Assembly (NCBI GenBank): GCA_030390025.1
Contig: CM059432.1
Location: 95,482,001 to 95,546,000, forward strand
DNA: 64,000 nucleotides
Source of the DNA: Squalus acanthias
Lineage: Eukaryota
Reading direction: 5' to 3'
The position numbers and the translations under genes were made by a program. The notes under the pieces are model-generated. The model made no database searches, was not told the origin of the DNA, and saw only the letters and a list, made by a program, of their open reading frames with translations. Shown one piece after another: positions 24,371-36,228 of the stretch. The number at the start of each line of letters is the position of its first letter. Positions within the stretch are counted from its first letter, which is position 1.

Positions 24371-25956
24371 AAAAAACGTCCTTGGGATTATGGAGGTCCC
24401 TCTCAGCCACAACTGCCTCCTTCCACATGGTCCATGCTGCTGCAGGTGTTGGCCTCTTCCCTGGTACTCCATTGCATTCCTCTTTTCTCTAACTCAGGAC
24501 AGCAACGCTTTTATGTCAGCCTCAGAGGAGTTAGATGGTCGCCTTTTCCATTCTGTGCACCATTTCAGCCCCTCTTCCAAAAGCCAGCTCAACCCTTTAA
24601 TTGCACTTCAATACAGAAGTTGTGCCCTTGCTCCACCCCTTCCCAAATTTTCCAGCCCTCCCTCAAGTGTGGCTGGCTCCCTGCTGGTGGAACTCACTCT
24701 TGCCCTTCCCACATTATTTAAATCAGCAGACCCCTGAACTTCTGACAGGGACAGTCTCCGCCAATTTTAGAAGGAATAAGCTCCGTCCTGCAGCACCTAT
24801 GCCGCCACATTGGGGACCCAGGAATTTCCAGGAACAGGACTTATTTTCAAATTTTCATATTGAACCTATCGCATTTACTTCTGCAGTAATATGTGCCAAA
24901 TCCACAATAAAAGAAAATTAAAAATGGTGTTTACTGTCAATTATACTGTCTGGAATATATATTACAGCTATCCATGAGAGTTCTATTTACAGATATCACG
25001 AGGGATTAGCTGCTGAGCCCATCATTTGACAGATCTTCAACATGGTGGCACTGTGTATCGGGGTGAGAGGTCACATCATTCTAAAAACCACAAGGAATAG
25101 TTTGGTGCTGGCCCATATCCACATGAAGCTGAAATTCAGAGGATTCAAAGGGAGATCTGAACAATATTCAACCACTGGATAGGGAAGTGTAAGAGCAGAT
25201 TGCTTATACAGACACCCTCTTCTGTGGACTGGATCCAGTCTAGTTGCATAATGATTCATTATTTATCTGCATGTTACCTGGCTCCACAGCAGTGTTTTCG
25301 CACAGCTAATACAGTAGGTGAATGGTCTCCTCCAATATGTGCGGTGGGGTGTGGATGGTTTAACAAATGTCAGTTCAGGCTGAAATCATCCTAATCTTTT
25401 TTGTTTGATGGTTCAGCCTTCTGGTACCGTCATCAGCTTCTGAATTTCTGAAGGATAGTTTACAGTATTAGATTTGAACCCTGCGTGAACTTCTCATGTA
25501 TTTACAGTAATACTATTACAGAAGTCAATTATTGGAATATAATAAATGATGACCACAACAATATGTGCTTATGATAATGAATGACATAAAAATGAAAACA
25601 AACATGAAGATTATTCGATTACCAGATTCCACAGCAGCGTCAGAGAAAAAGGAAATATCATCATCGTATTTCAGTTTGGAGACAATGTTCTCTGGCCTCA
25701 TCAATCGTTTTCTTGGTAGCCTTTTGCAGTTAGATGCAATGGCTTAATCTTTCTGCTGTGTTCCAGCTTACATCAGGCAGCTCCTTTAAGGTCTTGGTCA
25801 TCTTACAACAATTGTAGCCATTTCTTCACACTTAGAGTAACACCAATAACAACTTATATTTCGATAGAACTTATTTCAATTCCCAGTGATCCTAGAGCAG
25901 GATGAACAAATACAAGTTTTTATATTAAATAAAAACAGAAAATGCTGGAAATACTC

Positions 25957-26198
25957 ATTGGGGAGACCAACGCAGCTTTGCGGAACACCTCCGTTCAGTC
26001 CGTAAGGGGGACCCTGAGCTTCCGGTCGCCTGTCACTTTAATTCCCCGCTCCACTCCCACTCTGACCTCTCCGTCCTCGGCCTCTTACACTGTTCCAATG
26101 AAGCTCAACGTAAGCTCGAGGAACAGCACCTCGTCTTTCGATTAGGCACTTTACAGCCTTCTGGACTCAACATCGAGTTCAACAATTTCAGATCATAA
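25957..26198 (+). pseudogene. Penelope GIY-YIG endonuclease C-terminal fragment
   Basis: IGET, a small deletion, then the open frame 25977-26198 FAEHLRSVRKGDPELPVACHFNSPLHSHSDLSVLGLLHCSNEAQRKLEEQHLVFRLGTLQPSGLNIEFNNFRS*. Confidence 0.85.
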
Positions 26199-26395
26199 CC
26201 TCAGCCCCTATTATTTTTTTTCTCACTCTCACATGGCAGCTGTTGATGATTCTGCCATTGCCATTTACACTTCATCTGGAGTCATCTTTTGTTTCTTAGC
26301 TTGTCCATTACCATCTCCTTTTGCCTTGCACCATCATCCCTTTTGTTTCTTAATCTCTCCTGCCTTCCGTCCTATCACAGACCTTCCCTTTTGTT

Positions 26396-29300
26396 CTTTA
26401 CGAACATACGAATTAGGAGCAGGAGTAGGCCACTCGGCCCTTCAAGCCTGCTCTGCCATTCAATAAGATCATGGCTGATCCGATTACTCCACATTCCTGC
26501 CTACCCCCAATAACTTTTCACCCCCTTGCTTATCAAGAATCTATCTACCTCTGCCTTAAAAATATTCAAAGACTCTGCTTCCACCGTCCTCTGAGGAAGA
26601 GAGTTCCAAAGACTCACGACCCTCTGTGTGAATTTTTTTTTCCTCATCTCTGTCTTAAATAGGTGACCCCTTATTTTTAAACAGTGTCCCCTAGTTCTAG
26701 ATTCTCCCACAAGAGGAAACATCCTCTCCACATCCACCCTGTCTAGACCCCTCAGGATCTTATACGTTTCAGTCAAGTCACCTCTTACTCTTCTAAACTC
26801 CAGCAGATACAAGCCTAGCCTGTCCAACCTTTCCTCATAAGACAACCCGCCCATCCCAGGTATTAGTCTAGTAAACCTTCTCTGAACTGCTTCCAACGCA
26901 TTTACATCCTTCCTTAAATAAGGAGACCAATACTGTACACAGTACTCCAGATGTGGTCTCACCAATGCCCTATATAACTGAAGCAGAACCTCCCTACTTT
27001 TGTATTCAATTCCTCTCGCAATAAACAATAACATTCTATTAGCTTTCCTAATTACTTGCTGTACCTGCATAGTAACCTTTTGCGATTCATGCACTAGCAC
27101 ACCCAGATCCCTCTGCATCTCAGAGCTCTGCAATCTCTCACCATTTAGATAATATGCTTCTTTTTTATTCTTCCTGCCAAAATGGACAACTTCACATTTT
27201 CCCACATTATACTCCATTTGCCAGTTCTTTGCCCACTCACTTAACCTATCTATATCCCTTTGTAGCCTCCTTATGTCATCTTCACAATTTACTTTCCTAC
27301 CTATCTTTGTGTCATCAGCAAATTTAGCAACCATACCTTCGGTCTCTTCATCCAATTCATTTATATAAATTGTAAAAAGTTGAGGCCCCAGCACTGATCC
27401 CTGTCGCACACCACTCATTACATCTTGCCATTTTGACCCATTTATGCCTACTCACTGTTTCCTGTTAGCTAGCCAATCTTCTATCCATGCCAATATGTTA
27501 CCCCCTACACCATGAGCTTTTATTTTCCGCAATAACCTTTGATGTGGCACCTTATCAAATGCCTTCTGGAAATCTAAGTACAGTACATCCACCGGTTCCC
27601 CTTTATCCACAGCACATGTTACTTCCTCAAAGAACTCCAATAAATTGGTTAAACATGATTTCCCTTGCACAAAACCATGTTGACTCTGCCTGATTACTTT
27701 GAACTTTTCTAAGTGCCCTGCTATAACGTCTTTAATAATAGCTTCTAAAATCTTCCCTATGACAGATGTTAAGCTAACTGGCCTGTAGTTTCCTGCTTTC
27801 TGTCTCCCTCCCTTTTTGAATAAAGGAGTTACATTTGCTATTTTCCAATCTAATGGAACCTTCCCTGAATCTAGGGAATTTTGGAAAATTAAAACCAACG
27901 CATCAACTATCTCACTAGCCATTTCTTTTAAGACCCTAGGATGAAGTCCATCAGGACCCGAGGACTTGTCAGCCCGCTGCTCCAACAAGTTGCTCAGTAC
28001 CACTTCCCTGGTGATTATAATTTTCTTGAGTTCCTCCCTCCCTTCCATTTCCTGATTTACAGCTATTTCTGGGATGTTACTTGTATCCTCTATAGTGAAG
28101 ACCGATGCAAAATACCTGTTCAATTCAACTGCCATCTCCTTATTTTCCATTATTAATTCCCCAGACTCACTTTTTATAGGACCAACGCTCACATTGTTAA
28201 CTCTTTTCTTTTTTAAATATCTATAGAAACTCTTAGGGCTGGATTTTCATTGACCCATGGAGGTGGGTTTGGAGGTGTGTGGGGGGTTAAAATTGCGAAA
28301 ACTGGCGGGCAGGCACAAGCCCACCTCCATGCAATTTTCATTAAATCGTGTTTGCTGGTCCCGACTCCGTCCCGCCTCTAAGAGGAGGGATAGCTGTTAA
28401 GGCCCTTAACAAGCACTAAATTGCCTCTATAATGCCATTTTGAAAGGCCTTTGTGATTTTAACCCTTTTTCTACGTGAAGCACGCCTGTTCTGAACAGAG
28501 GAGGAGGAGGAATACCTGGGAGTGGTGGTGCAAAAATATCTGGGAGCAGACTTAGGGCTGTTGCTGCTCATTGTGCATCCAGGTCCTCTCACAGCAAAGG
28601 CCAGGCAGTCTTTTCAGACCTTCAATGCAGCAGCAATGATGACATCATCAGAGGTGACTTTCAGACTGAAAACACTAATTGGTTCATGGGTTCCCACATG
28701 CTGGAACTCAATTGCCCAATTAGGTGAAAATCGCATCAATCTCCCACATCCAATTGCAGTCGGGTGGATAACACGAAAAGTGGATGACACGACCCCAGCC
28801 CGCCCCAGTATCAAAATCCAGCCCAGTCTATCTGTTTTTATATTTCTAGCTAGCTTTCTCTCGTACTCTAATTTTTCTCTCCTTATTAATCTTTTAGTCA
28901 TTCTTTGCTGTTTTTTATATTCTGTCCAATCTTCTGACCTGCCACCCATCTTTGCGCAATTATATGCTTTTTCTTTAAGTTTAATACTATCTTTAACTTT
29001 TTTAGTTAACCACGGATGGTGGGTCCTCCCCTTGGAATTTTTCTTTCTTGTTGGAATGTATATATTCTGTGTATTTTGAAATATCCCCTTAAATGTCTGC
29101 CACTGCAATTCTATTGACCTATCCCTCAACCTAATTTGCCAGTTCACTTTAGCTAGCTCTGCTTTCATGCCCTCATAATTGCCCTTATTTAAGTTTAAAA
29201 TACTAGTCTTGGACCCACTCTTCTCTCTCTCAAACTGAATGTAAAATTCAATCATATTATGATCACTGCTACCTAGGGGCGCCTTCACTATGAGGTCATT

Positions 29301-29940
29301 AATTAATCCTATCTCATTGCACAATACCAGGTCTAGTATAGCCTGCTCTCTGGTTGGCTCCAGAACGTGCTGTTGTAAGAAACTATCCCGAAAACATTCC
29401 ATGAACTCCTCATCTATGCTACCTTTGCCCATCTGATTTTTCCAGTCTATATGCAGATTAAAATCCCCCATGATTATTGCCGTACCCTTCTGACAAGCTC
29501 CCATTATTTCTTCCTTTATACTCCATCCTACCATGTGGTTACTGTTAGGTGGCCTGTACACCACTCCCACAAGTGACTTCTTGCCTTTATTATTTCTCAT
29601 TTCTACCCAAACCGCTTCTACATCCTGGTTTCCTGAACTTAGGTCATCCCTCTCTATTGTGCTAATGCCATCATTAATTAACAGAGCCACCCCTCCACCT
29701 TTTCCCACCTTCCTGTCCTTCCTAAATGTCATGTACCCTTCAATATTCAGGTCCCAATCTATGTCAACCTGCAGCCATGTTTCTGTAATGGCTATCAGAT
29801 CATATTTATTTATTTCTATTTGTGCTATCAGTTCATCTGTTTTGTTTCGAATGCTACGTGTATTCAGATGCAGAGCCTTTAGTTTTGTCCTTTTATTATT
29901 TTTGTAACCTCTAGCCTTATCTGTTGATTTACTCTTAGAT
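26396..29940 (-). mobile_element. Young CR1 LINE with near-complete ORF2 (APE endonuclease plus RT), split by a MITE
   Basis: ORFs 28825-29732 (GGGVALLI, VYRPPN, MGDFN, SSDHN), 27452-28192 (NYRPVSLTS, LDFQKAFDKV) and 26501-27418 (QGSVLGP, FADD). One indel near 27430-27452. TTCGTATGTTCGTA tail. Confidence 0.95.
28236..28824. mobile_element. Harbinger-type MITE inside CR1 ORF2
   Basis: Perfect 12-bp TIRs GGGCTGGATTTT / AAAATCCAGCCC; same family as 30498-31301. Confidence 0.85.
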
Positions 29941-30015
29941 TTTTTATTTCCTCCCCTCCCCCCTCTCCCTGCCCCTACACTTGCTTAAATACCTGTTACA
30001 TCTTCAACTTTTTCC

Positions 30016-30052
30016 AGTTCTGACGAAGGGTCATTGACCTGAAACGTTAACT
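30016..30052 (+). ncRNA. Minimal type I hammerhead ribozyme motif (second Penelope family)
   Basis: AGUU-CUGACGA-A-GGGUC(AUU)GACCU-GAAA-CG-UU-AACU, with palindromic AACGUU at stem III. Confidence 0.8.
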
Positions 30053-30214
30053 CTGTTTCTCTCTCCACGATGCTACCTGGCCTGCTGAGTATTTCCAGCA
30101 TTTTCTGTTTTTATTTCAGATTTCCAGCATCTGTAGTATTTTGCTTTTGTACGCGTTTTTATATTGTTGGTTTTCCTCATTTGCAATTAAACGCATCCAT
30201 GTAGAACTTTAACA

Positions 30215-30330
30215 CTGGGAATTTCCTCAGAGGTTCTCACAATGAGCCAATGTAACTGCGGCAGGAGATCAGTTGAAACCTTGGATAGACACAGGGTTAC
30301 AATTGGGAGAACCCCCAAGGGAATTCCCAG
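30215..30330. mobile_element. Very short MITE
   Basis: Inverted ends CTGGGAATTTCCT..GGTTCTC / GAGAACC..GGGAATTCCCAG; a related fragment lies at about 1848-1920. Confidence 0.5.
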
Positions 30331-30364
30331 CATAAGCCTTTTATTGAATGGAATTGTATAGTAC

Positions 30365-30816
30365 AAGTGTTAGCTTGGCTCGGTAAAAACCACTCACCTC
30401 TGAGTCAGGTCAAAGGATCATAGCTTCATGCCCCATTCCAGGACAGAGCACATAATCAAGGCTGATACTACGGAAATGTTGCATTGTCAGAGGCTCTGGG
30501 CTGGATTTTGTCTTGGGGTCGGGTTGGGGTCGTGTCATCCGCATTTCGTGTCCCCCCCCCGACTCCAGATTAATGTGGATGAATGATGCAATTTTCACTT
30601 AATTGGGCAATTGAGTTCCAGCATGTGGGAACCCATGAACCAATTAGTGGTTTCAGTTTGAAAGTCGCCTCTGATGATGTCATCATTGCTGCTGCATTGC
30701 AGGTCAGAGACTGCCTGCCTGGTCTCAGAGACTGACTGGCTGTTGGTGAGAGAGGACCTGCCTGGCTTTTGCTATGAGTGGACCTGGATGCAAAAATGAG
30801 GAGAGAGAGAGAGAGA

Positions 30817-30848
<32 letters not shown>

Positions 30849-31604
30849 ATGATTTTTTTTTTACATCCAGGTCCTCTCACAGCAAAGGCCAGGCAGTCTC
30901 TGAAGACATTCAATGCAGCAGCATCAGAGGTGACTTTCAGACCTAATACTACCACCTTCATCACATCTCCGTTGTAATAGTGGACCAGCAGCTGATAGTC
31001 AGCTATCCACTTGTGCTCCCGCCAGGTTTCACTGGAGTGTTTCACATCAGGCGTACTTCACGTCGGAAAAGGGTTAAACTAGCTAAAACGTTTCAAAATG
31101 GTATTACAGAGCCAATTTAGGGCTTGTTAAGGGCTTTAATGGCCTCTCCCGCCTCTTGGAGGCGGGACGGAGTCGGGAACCCCGTGACTGATTTTGTCAA
31201 AATTGCGTGGAGGCGGGATGGAGTCGGGACCCCCGACCCCGCAACTTTAACCCCCCACACGCCTCCAAACCCGACTCCACGGGTCATTCAAAATCCAGCC
31301 CTCTGTCTTTCAGAGGAGACTTTCAATTGAGGCCCCAACTGCCTGTTCACTATTGAATCACGGCACTATTCAAATAAGAGCAAGAAATTCCCCCAATTGT
31401 CCTGGCCAACAGTCCTCCCTCAATCAACACCACCAAAATTGATTAACGGGTTATTCGTTTCATTGCTGTGCACATACTAGCTGAGGCATCAGCCTACCAA
31501 TCAACATTAACTATACTTCAGAAGTAATCCATCGGCTGTGAAGTGCTTTGGGACATCTTGCAGACACGAAAGAGGCTATATAAATGGAAAATCTGTCTTT
31601 CTTT
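30365..31604 (+). mobile_element. DeuSINE-type SINE split by a MITE
   Basis: Head at 30365-30497; resumes at 31305; tail GAGGCTATATAAATGG..TCTTTCTTT. Confidence 0.7.
30498..31301. mobile_element. Harbinger-type MITE with an internal inverted duplication and (GA)n
   Basis: TIRs GGGCTGGATTTTG / CAAAATCCAGCCC, with 3-bp TSD TCT (30495-30497 and 31302-31304). Confidence 0.9.
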
Positions 31605-32529
31605 ACAAAAGAAAAAAACATTTATATAGTCTATAATGCCAAGGATATCACCATGTTACTTTTTATATTAGAACCTGCTGTTGTTAATTTATTTAAACAC
31701 AGTTGTTCCCTCATAGGAAGATTGAAACTATCCATCTTTCAGTAGCCGTTGAAACCTTGACTAGAGATTCCACTATAATACACATGAATGCTGAGCAAAC
31801 AAGGTGCATCAGACAAAATGCAGCATAATAAAGAAAATATGAAATTATCCCTTGACCCGATTTTTCTTATTAAAATGAATGTGCCGTGATAGGGGAATAA
31901 AACATTTATCAATGCGCAGCTTATTTGTTTTTTTATTTATTTAGCATGATGATAATCAAGAATGGGTAAAAAAATTATATTTCAATTTTTTTCACACTGA
32001 CTCCACTGCACTACTGGACTGGATGTCCTTTCCCACCCTTTTAGATTTGAAGATTAAATCAATGGGCTCACTGATATTTTAATTAGGTTTATGCCTGCAT
32101 AAAAAATGGAGTGCACAGGAATGTAGCACGAGTACCTTAAGTATTCATATGTGAACTTCTTTAATTGAAAGTTCTATCCTTAGAAGGAGAACAGTAACAA
32201 TTTGCTCCCTGTGATAAGCCCTTACCAGTAACTGCTAGCTTCCCAATTGTATCCCTTGAACCTACTGTTATTCAAATGATACTGTAGAGCTATATCCAGA
32301 ATACATTTCAATTTAGTCTACACTTAGTGTAGGAATTAACATAGATGATACTATTAATTCTCACTTGCACTACTGCTTTCAGCTCCACTTTTATCATCCT
32401 CTAAACACAGAGCAGCATCGGCTTCTGTTGCATTTGTGATGCATGAGCACTTGAGTGAAAAATCTACTTCAGCCCCCTCCTAAATCTTATCTCCCTCTTT
32501 ATACTTGCATACTTTATTTTAAATTAAAA

Positions 32530-33810
32530 ACATGTAGGAAGGGAAAATGGATGACACACATATTCCATGAATGGTGCTGAAATAGCTAAGGATGAAGTTG
32601 AAAGAGATCTATGAGTCTTAGGGGTAGAAATTGGTAAGCGTTGTGTTTGTTTTTCAGACGTACAACGGGCACAAATCAGAACAATTTAGCAGTGGGATGG
32701 CCTGCGCCCAATCTGCGCAGGTGTTGGTCCCATTGCCAAATTCATAGGGTAAATGTTTAGGGACCTGGGCGGGTGCCTAAAGCAGGTGTTAGGCTCCTTG
32801 AATATGTAAATGAGGGGTCTAATGCCTGTTAAAGGACCCCTTTGACAAATTGATCATCTCATGAGGGAGCAGCAATCGTGTCTGCCCCACACAGGATTCT
32901 CCAGCAGTCGTCAAACAAAGGTAGGTTTTTGAACTTTTATATTTTCAAGAACACATTCCTATGGATCCAGGATGAGCAGGAGTGCTCCCCCGACTCCACA
33001 GGATCACTCCAACCCCCTTCTGGGACTTACCCGAGGACTGTTGCCAGCAAGGCAGGCAGCTTGAAATTAGTATCTCCAGTGGGGTGAGCTGCCTGTGGAG
33101 GCATGACCAGTGCTGGTAGCTCACCCCAAGTATGCAGATGAGGCCCAGGCACCAATTTCTATTGATCCTTGGGTCTCGTGCTTCGGGTGTGGATTGCCTC
33201 TGCAGCGTCATGGCGGAATCAAAAATGGGCAGACTAATTTCTACCCATTAGACTCAATACTCAACATGTCCAAACAATGCAGAGCAGCAATCAAAAAAGC
33301 CAGTAGAATGTTGAGCTACATAGCGAAAACAACAGAATATTAGTCCGAGGAAGTCATGATCAAACTGTACAGTGCTCCAGTCAGACGACACCTTGAATAT
33401 TGTGACCAGTCCTGGTCACCAAGAAACAAGGAAGACATTCAGATACTGGAAGTAATGCAGAGAAAAGCTTTGAGATTGAGCCCAGTGTCAGGGGTCTGAG
33501 TTACAATGAAATACTGGAGAGGCTCAGGTGTTCTATCCTGGAAAAGAATATCGGAGCGGTGATCTTACTGAGGTATATAAAATAGTAAATGGTATGGAAA
33601 AAGTTAACCTAGAATAATACTTTAAAAAGGACTCCTGGGTACAAATCCTGGAATCATTTAAGAGACAATTAAATGCAGCACTGGGGGGGGGGGGGGTGGC
33701 AAGGGAGGTAGGGGTGAGGGGGAGGGGGTATAGGGATGCTCTGGATGGATGAATTAAGATGGGCCGGATGCCCTTTCTCATCTGTAAGTATCTTGTCAAC
33801 TTGTGAAAAC
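32530..33810 (+). mobile_element. Old CR1 3' fragment split by a MITE
   Basis: KQCRAAIKKASRMLSYI, LYSAPVRRHLEYC and RGDL-like motif remnants. Confidence 0.7.
32621..33247. mobile_element. Harbinger-type MITE
   Basis: TIRs GGGGTAGAAATT / AATTTCTACCCA, with TSD TTA (32618-32620 and 33248-33250). Confidence 0.85.
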
Positions 33811-34043
33811 AAAAAGTAAGTTTTTTTTTTAAAAAGGCAATGTAAATTACAGCTCTTACTAATCTTTGATATATAAATGCAAGTTCTTCCTTCTGTCCTT
33901 CTTTCCTAATATGGAAGGTAAGTAAAGCATAAAACAATTAGTAAATCTACTTAGTTTAAAATCATACTCAGGATTGTTCGGCATTCAGATTCAAATTTGG
34001 TTTTAGACTATTTGAAATTTGACATATTTCAATCAGAATCTGA

Positions 34044-35761
34044 GGGCTGGATTTTACCAACCTCGGCGGGTCCGTGGCGGGCGACGTCGGTGGCGGGTCC
34101 CGGCCTCGCTGCTGGCTCCAGCCCGCTGTCCAAAATGATTTTCTGCTGATTGGGCTTGTTACACCCAGCGTGTTTCCAGCCAATTGAAGGAAGCGGGTCT
34201 GATGACGTCATTTGATGACGTGTCATCAGCCGGTTTCCTTAAAGGGACCATGCTCAAATTTAGTTTGACATTTGTGCTGTCAGTGTTCTACAGCATTGAG
34301 GTGCTGCAAACACTGACAATCACTGCACAGAGGTGCACGGCTGCATCCAGGCTCCCATTATGGAGGGAGTCACAGCACGCAGGGAGGTTCTCTTCCCTTC
34401 CAATGGGTGGAAGAGACCTCCCCAAGAGACCAACGCAGTCTGGTTGCACATTGCACAGGAGGGCACAAGCAGGGATGTGGTCAGGAGGACCAGGCTGCAG
34501 TGGCGCAAACCTTTCAATGATCTCAATAGATCACGAAACGTTACTGCAAAGCCACACTCAACCTCATCTTGTTGTGCCACTCATCACATCCCCATCACTC
34601 TGCCTTCCCTACCCTACTCCTGCACATCCTTACTCACACCAACTTCCCCATCTCACTAGCCACACTTCACACTCAGCCTCATCCTAGTCTAATCATACCA
34701 GCTAACATCACACAAGGGTAGCCACTTGGGTGTTTTAGCCAATGTTCATGTGAAGTTTCTGTTAATGTGCTGTCAAACATTGAAACCTTTATTTTGAACA
34801 CTTTGCGTTCTTGGACAGATCTGTTTGCACCTCTGGAAGTGGCTTAGTGAGTTGCAGTGACTGGTGAGACATAACGGTACCCCCTGCAATGGCGATGAGT
34901 GTGAAAGGAATGGCTTGGGCATTGTAGGGATGCTTTATGGTGTTGGTGTGGGGTGGTGCCAACCTGGCACATCATGTGGCAGCTAGGGTGTACAGCGTCA
35001 AGTGAAGTAAATCTGGCTATGGTGAGGCCATCCCTGACATCCCAGGCAGCAATGTGGTCGGGTGCTGATGCCCTCTGTCCTGTGCAGCATCAGTTGATTG
35101 CGGAGAAGGTTGGTATTGTTGTTGGTGCTGCTGGTGTGCCTGGTGCTGCTGGTGTTGGGGTTGATAGTGGTGGGATTCTGAGGACCAAGGTAAGATGGTT
35201 TCAAGGTCACCGATGCTGATGTAATAGATGGCAGCTGAACTTGAGATGACAGAAGCGATTTGTCAATGGTGACAGAGGTTGTTCCAATGAGGTGACACTG
35301 GATAGAGAATTTACTCCAAACACTTGCAACCTGCATAAAGCTCAATCTGTCTTCCAACTGCAGTAAGCAACAGCTTCTGAGCTTGGAAAGTAAACAGCTG
35401 TGAGATGGGGGCTTTTATAACACATTTCCAACTGTCAAGTAATGAGATAATTCCATGGCCATTCAACTTCCGACCTGCTTACCTGACATGATTCCCTGAG
35501 CAGCATAGACCTCATGGGTGAGCTGGTAAACACTGAAGGTGAGCTCAAAATAGTTCTTAATGGTCTGTTAACAAGGTCATAATGACCTGAATTGCCTCCC
35601 CTGCTGCTGCGTGTTGGGTCTGCTCAGCGTTGACACCCAACATTTGGGAAAGGCGTGTGGCGGCGGGTTGACAGAAGGGGCCTGACCCTCTGTCAAATAA
35701 AACATTTTCCCACCCGACCCACCACCAATCGTGCCCGCTGACCCCCCGAAAAATTTCCCCC
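34044..35761 (+). mobile_element. Non-autonomous Harbinger with a Myb/SANT exon remnant
   Basis: Ends GGGCTGGATTTT / AAAATTTCCCCC with TSD TGA. 34333-34540 reads EGVTARREVLFP ... WLHIAQE ... RTRLQWRKPFNDL. Confidence 0.85.
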
Positions 35762-35909
35762 TGAGATTCCAAAAATAAGATTGAAGATACACCTATGGTT
35801 CATGCAGGACACCTCTAAGACAACAGCAAAATAGTCATATTGGACACATCACAACCTCATGCCTCAGAGTTAGTGTACAATAATAAAGATATATTTTTTC
35901 TTTTATACA

Positions 35910-36228
35910 TTTGGCTCAGTGGTAGCACTCTCACCTCTGCATCAGAAGGCCATTGGATTAAGCCCCACTCCAACATATAATCTAGGATGACACTTCAATT
36001 CAGTACAGCGGTGCTCAGGTAGACATAACAGATCCCATGGCACCACCAAAACAGATTATCTGGTCACATTTCATTGTTGTTTGTGGGACCTTGCTGCGCG
36101 TAAATTGGCTGTTGTATCTTCCCACATTACAACAGTGACTACACTTCAAAAGTATTCATTGACTGTAAAGCACTTTGGGATGTTCTGAAGTCATGAAAGG
36201 CGCTATATAAATGCAAGTTCTTTCTTTA
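35910..36228 (+). mobile_element. DeuSINE-type tRNA SINE
   Basis: GGCTCAGTGGTAGCACTCTC head, GATCCCATGGCAC core, tail AAGGCGCTATATAAATGCAAGTTCTTTCTTT. Confidence 0.82.

Larger units (their letters stand above)
25927..30149 (+). mobile_element. 5'-truncated Penelope-like element, split by a CR1
   Basis: Inverted terminal copy at 25927-25957 is the reverse complement of about 30086-30116. It carries a GIY-YIG C-terminus and a hammerhead in the 3' part. TSD GTTTTTATATT at 25916-25926 and 30155-30165. Confidence 0.88.

Noticed and set aside
28614..29732. 372-aa ORF as a novel endonuclease fusion protein
   Set aside because: It is CR1 ORF2 reading by chance into the inserted MITE after NIKTD.
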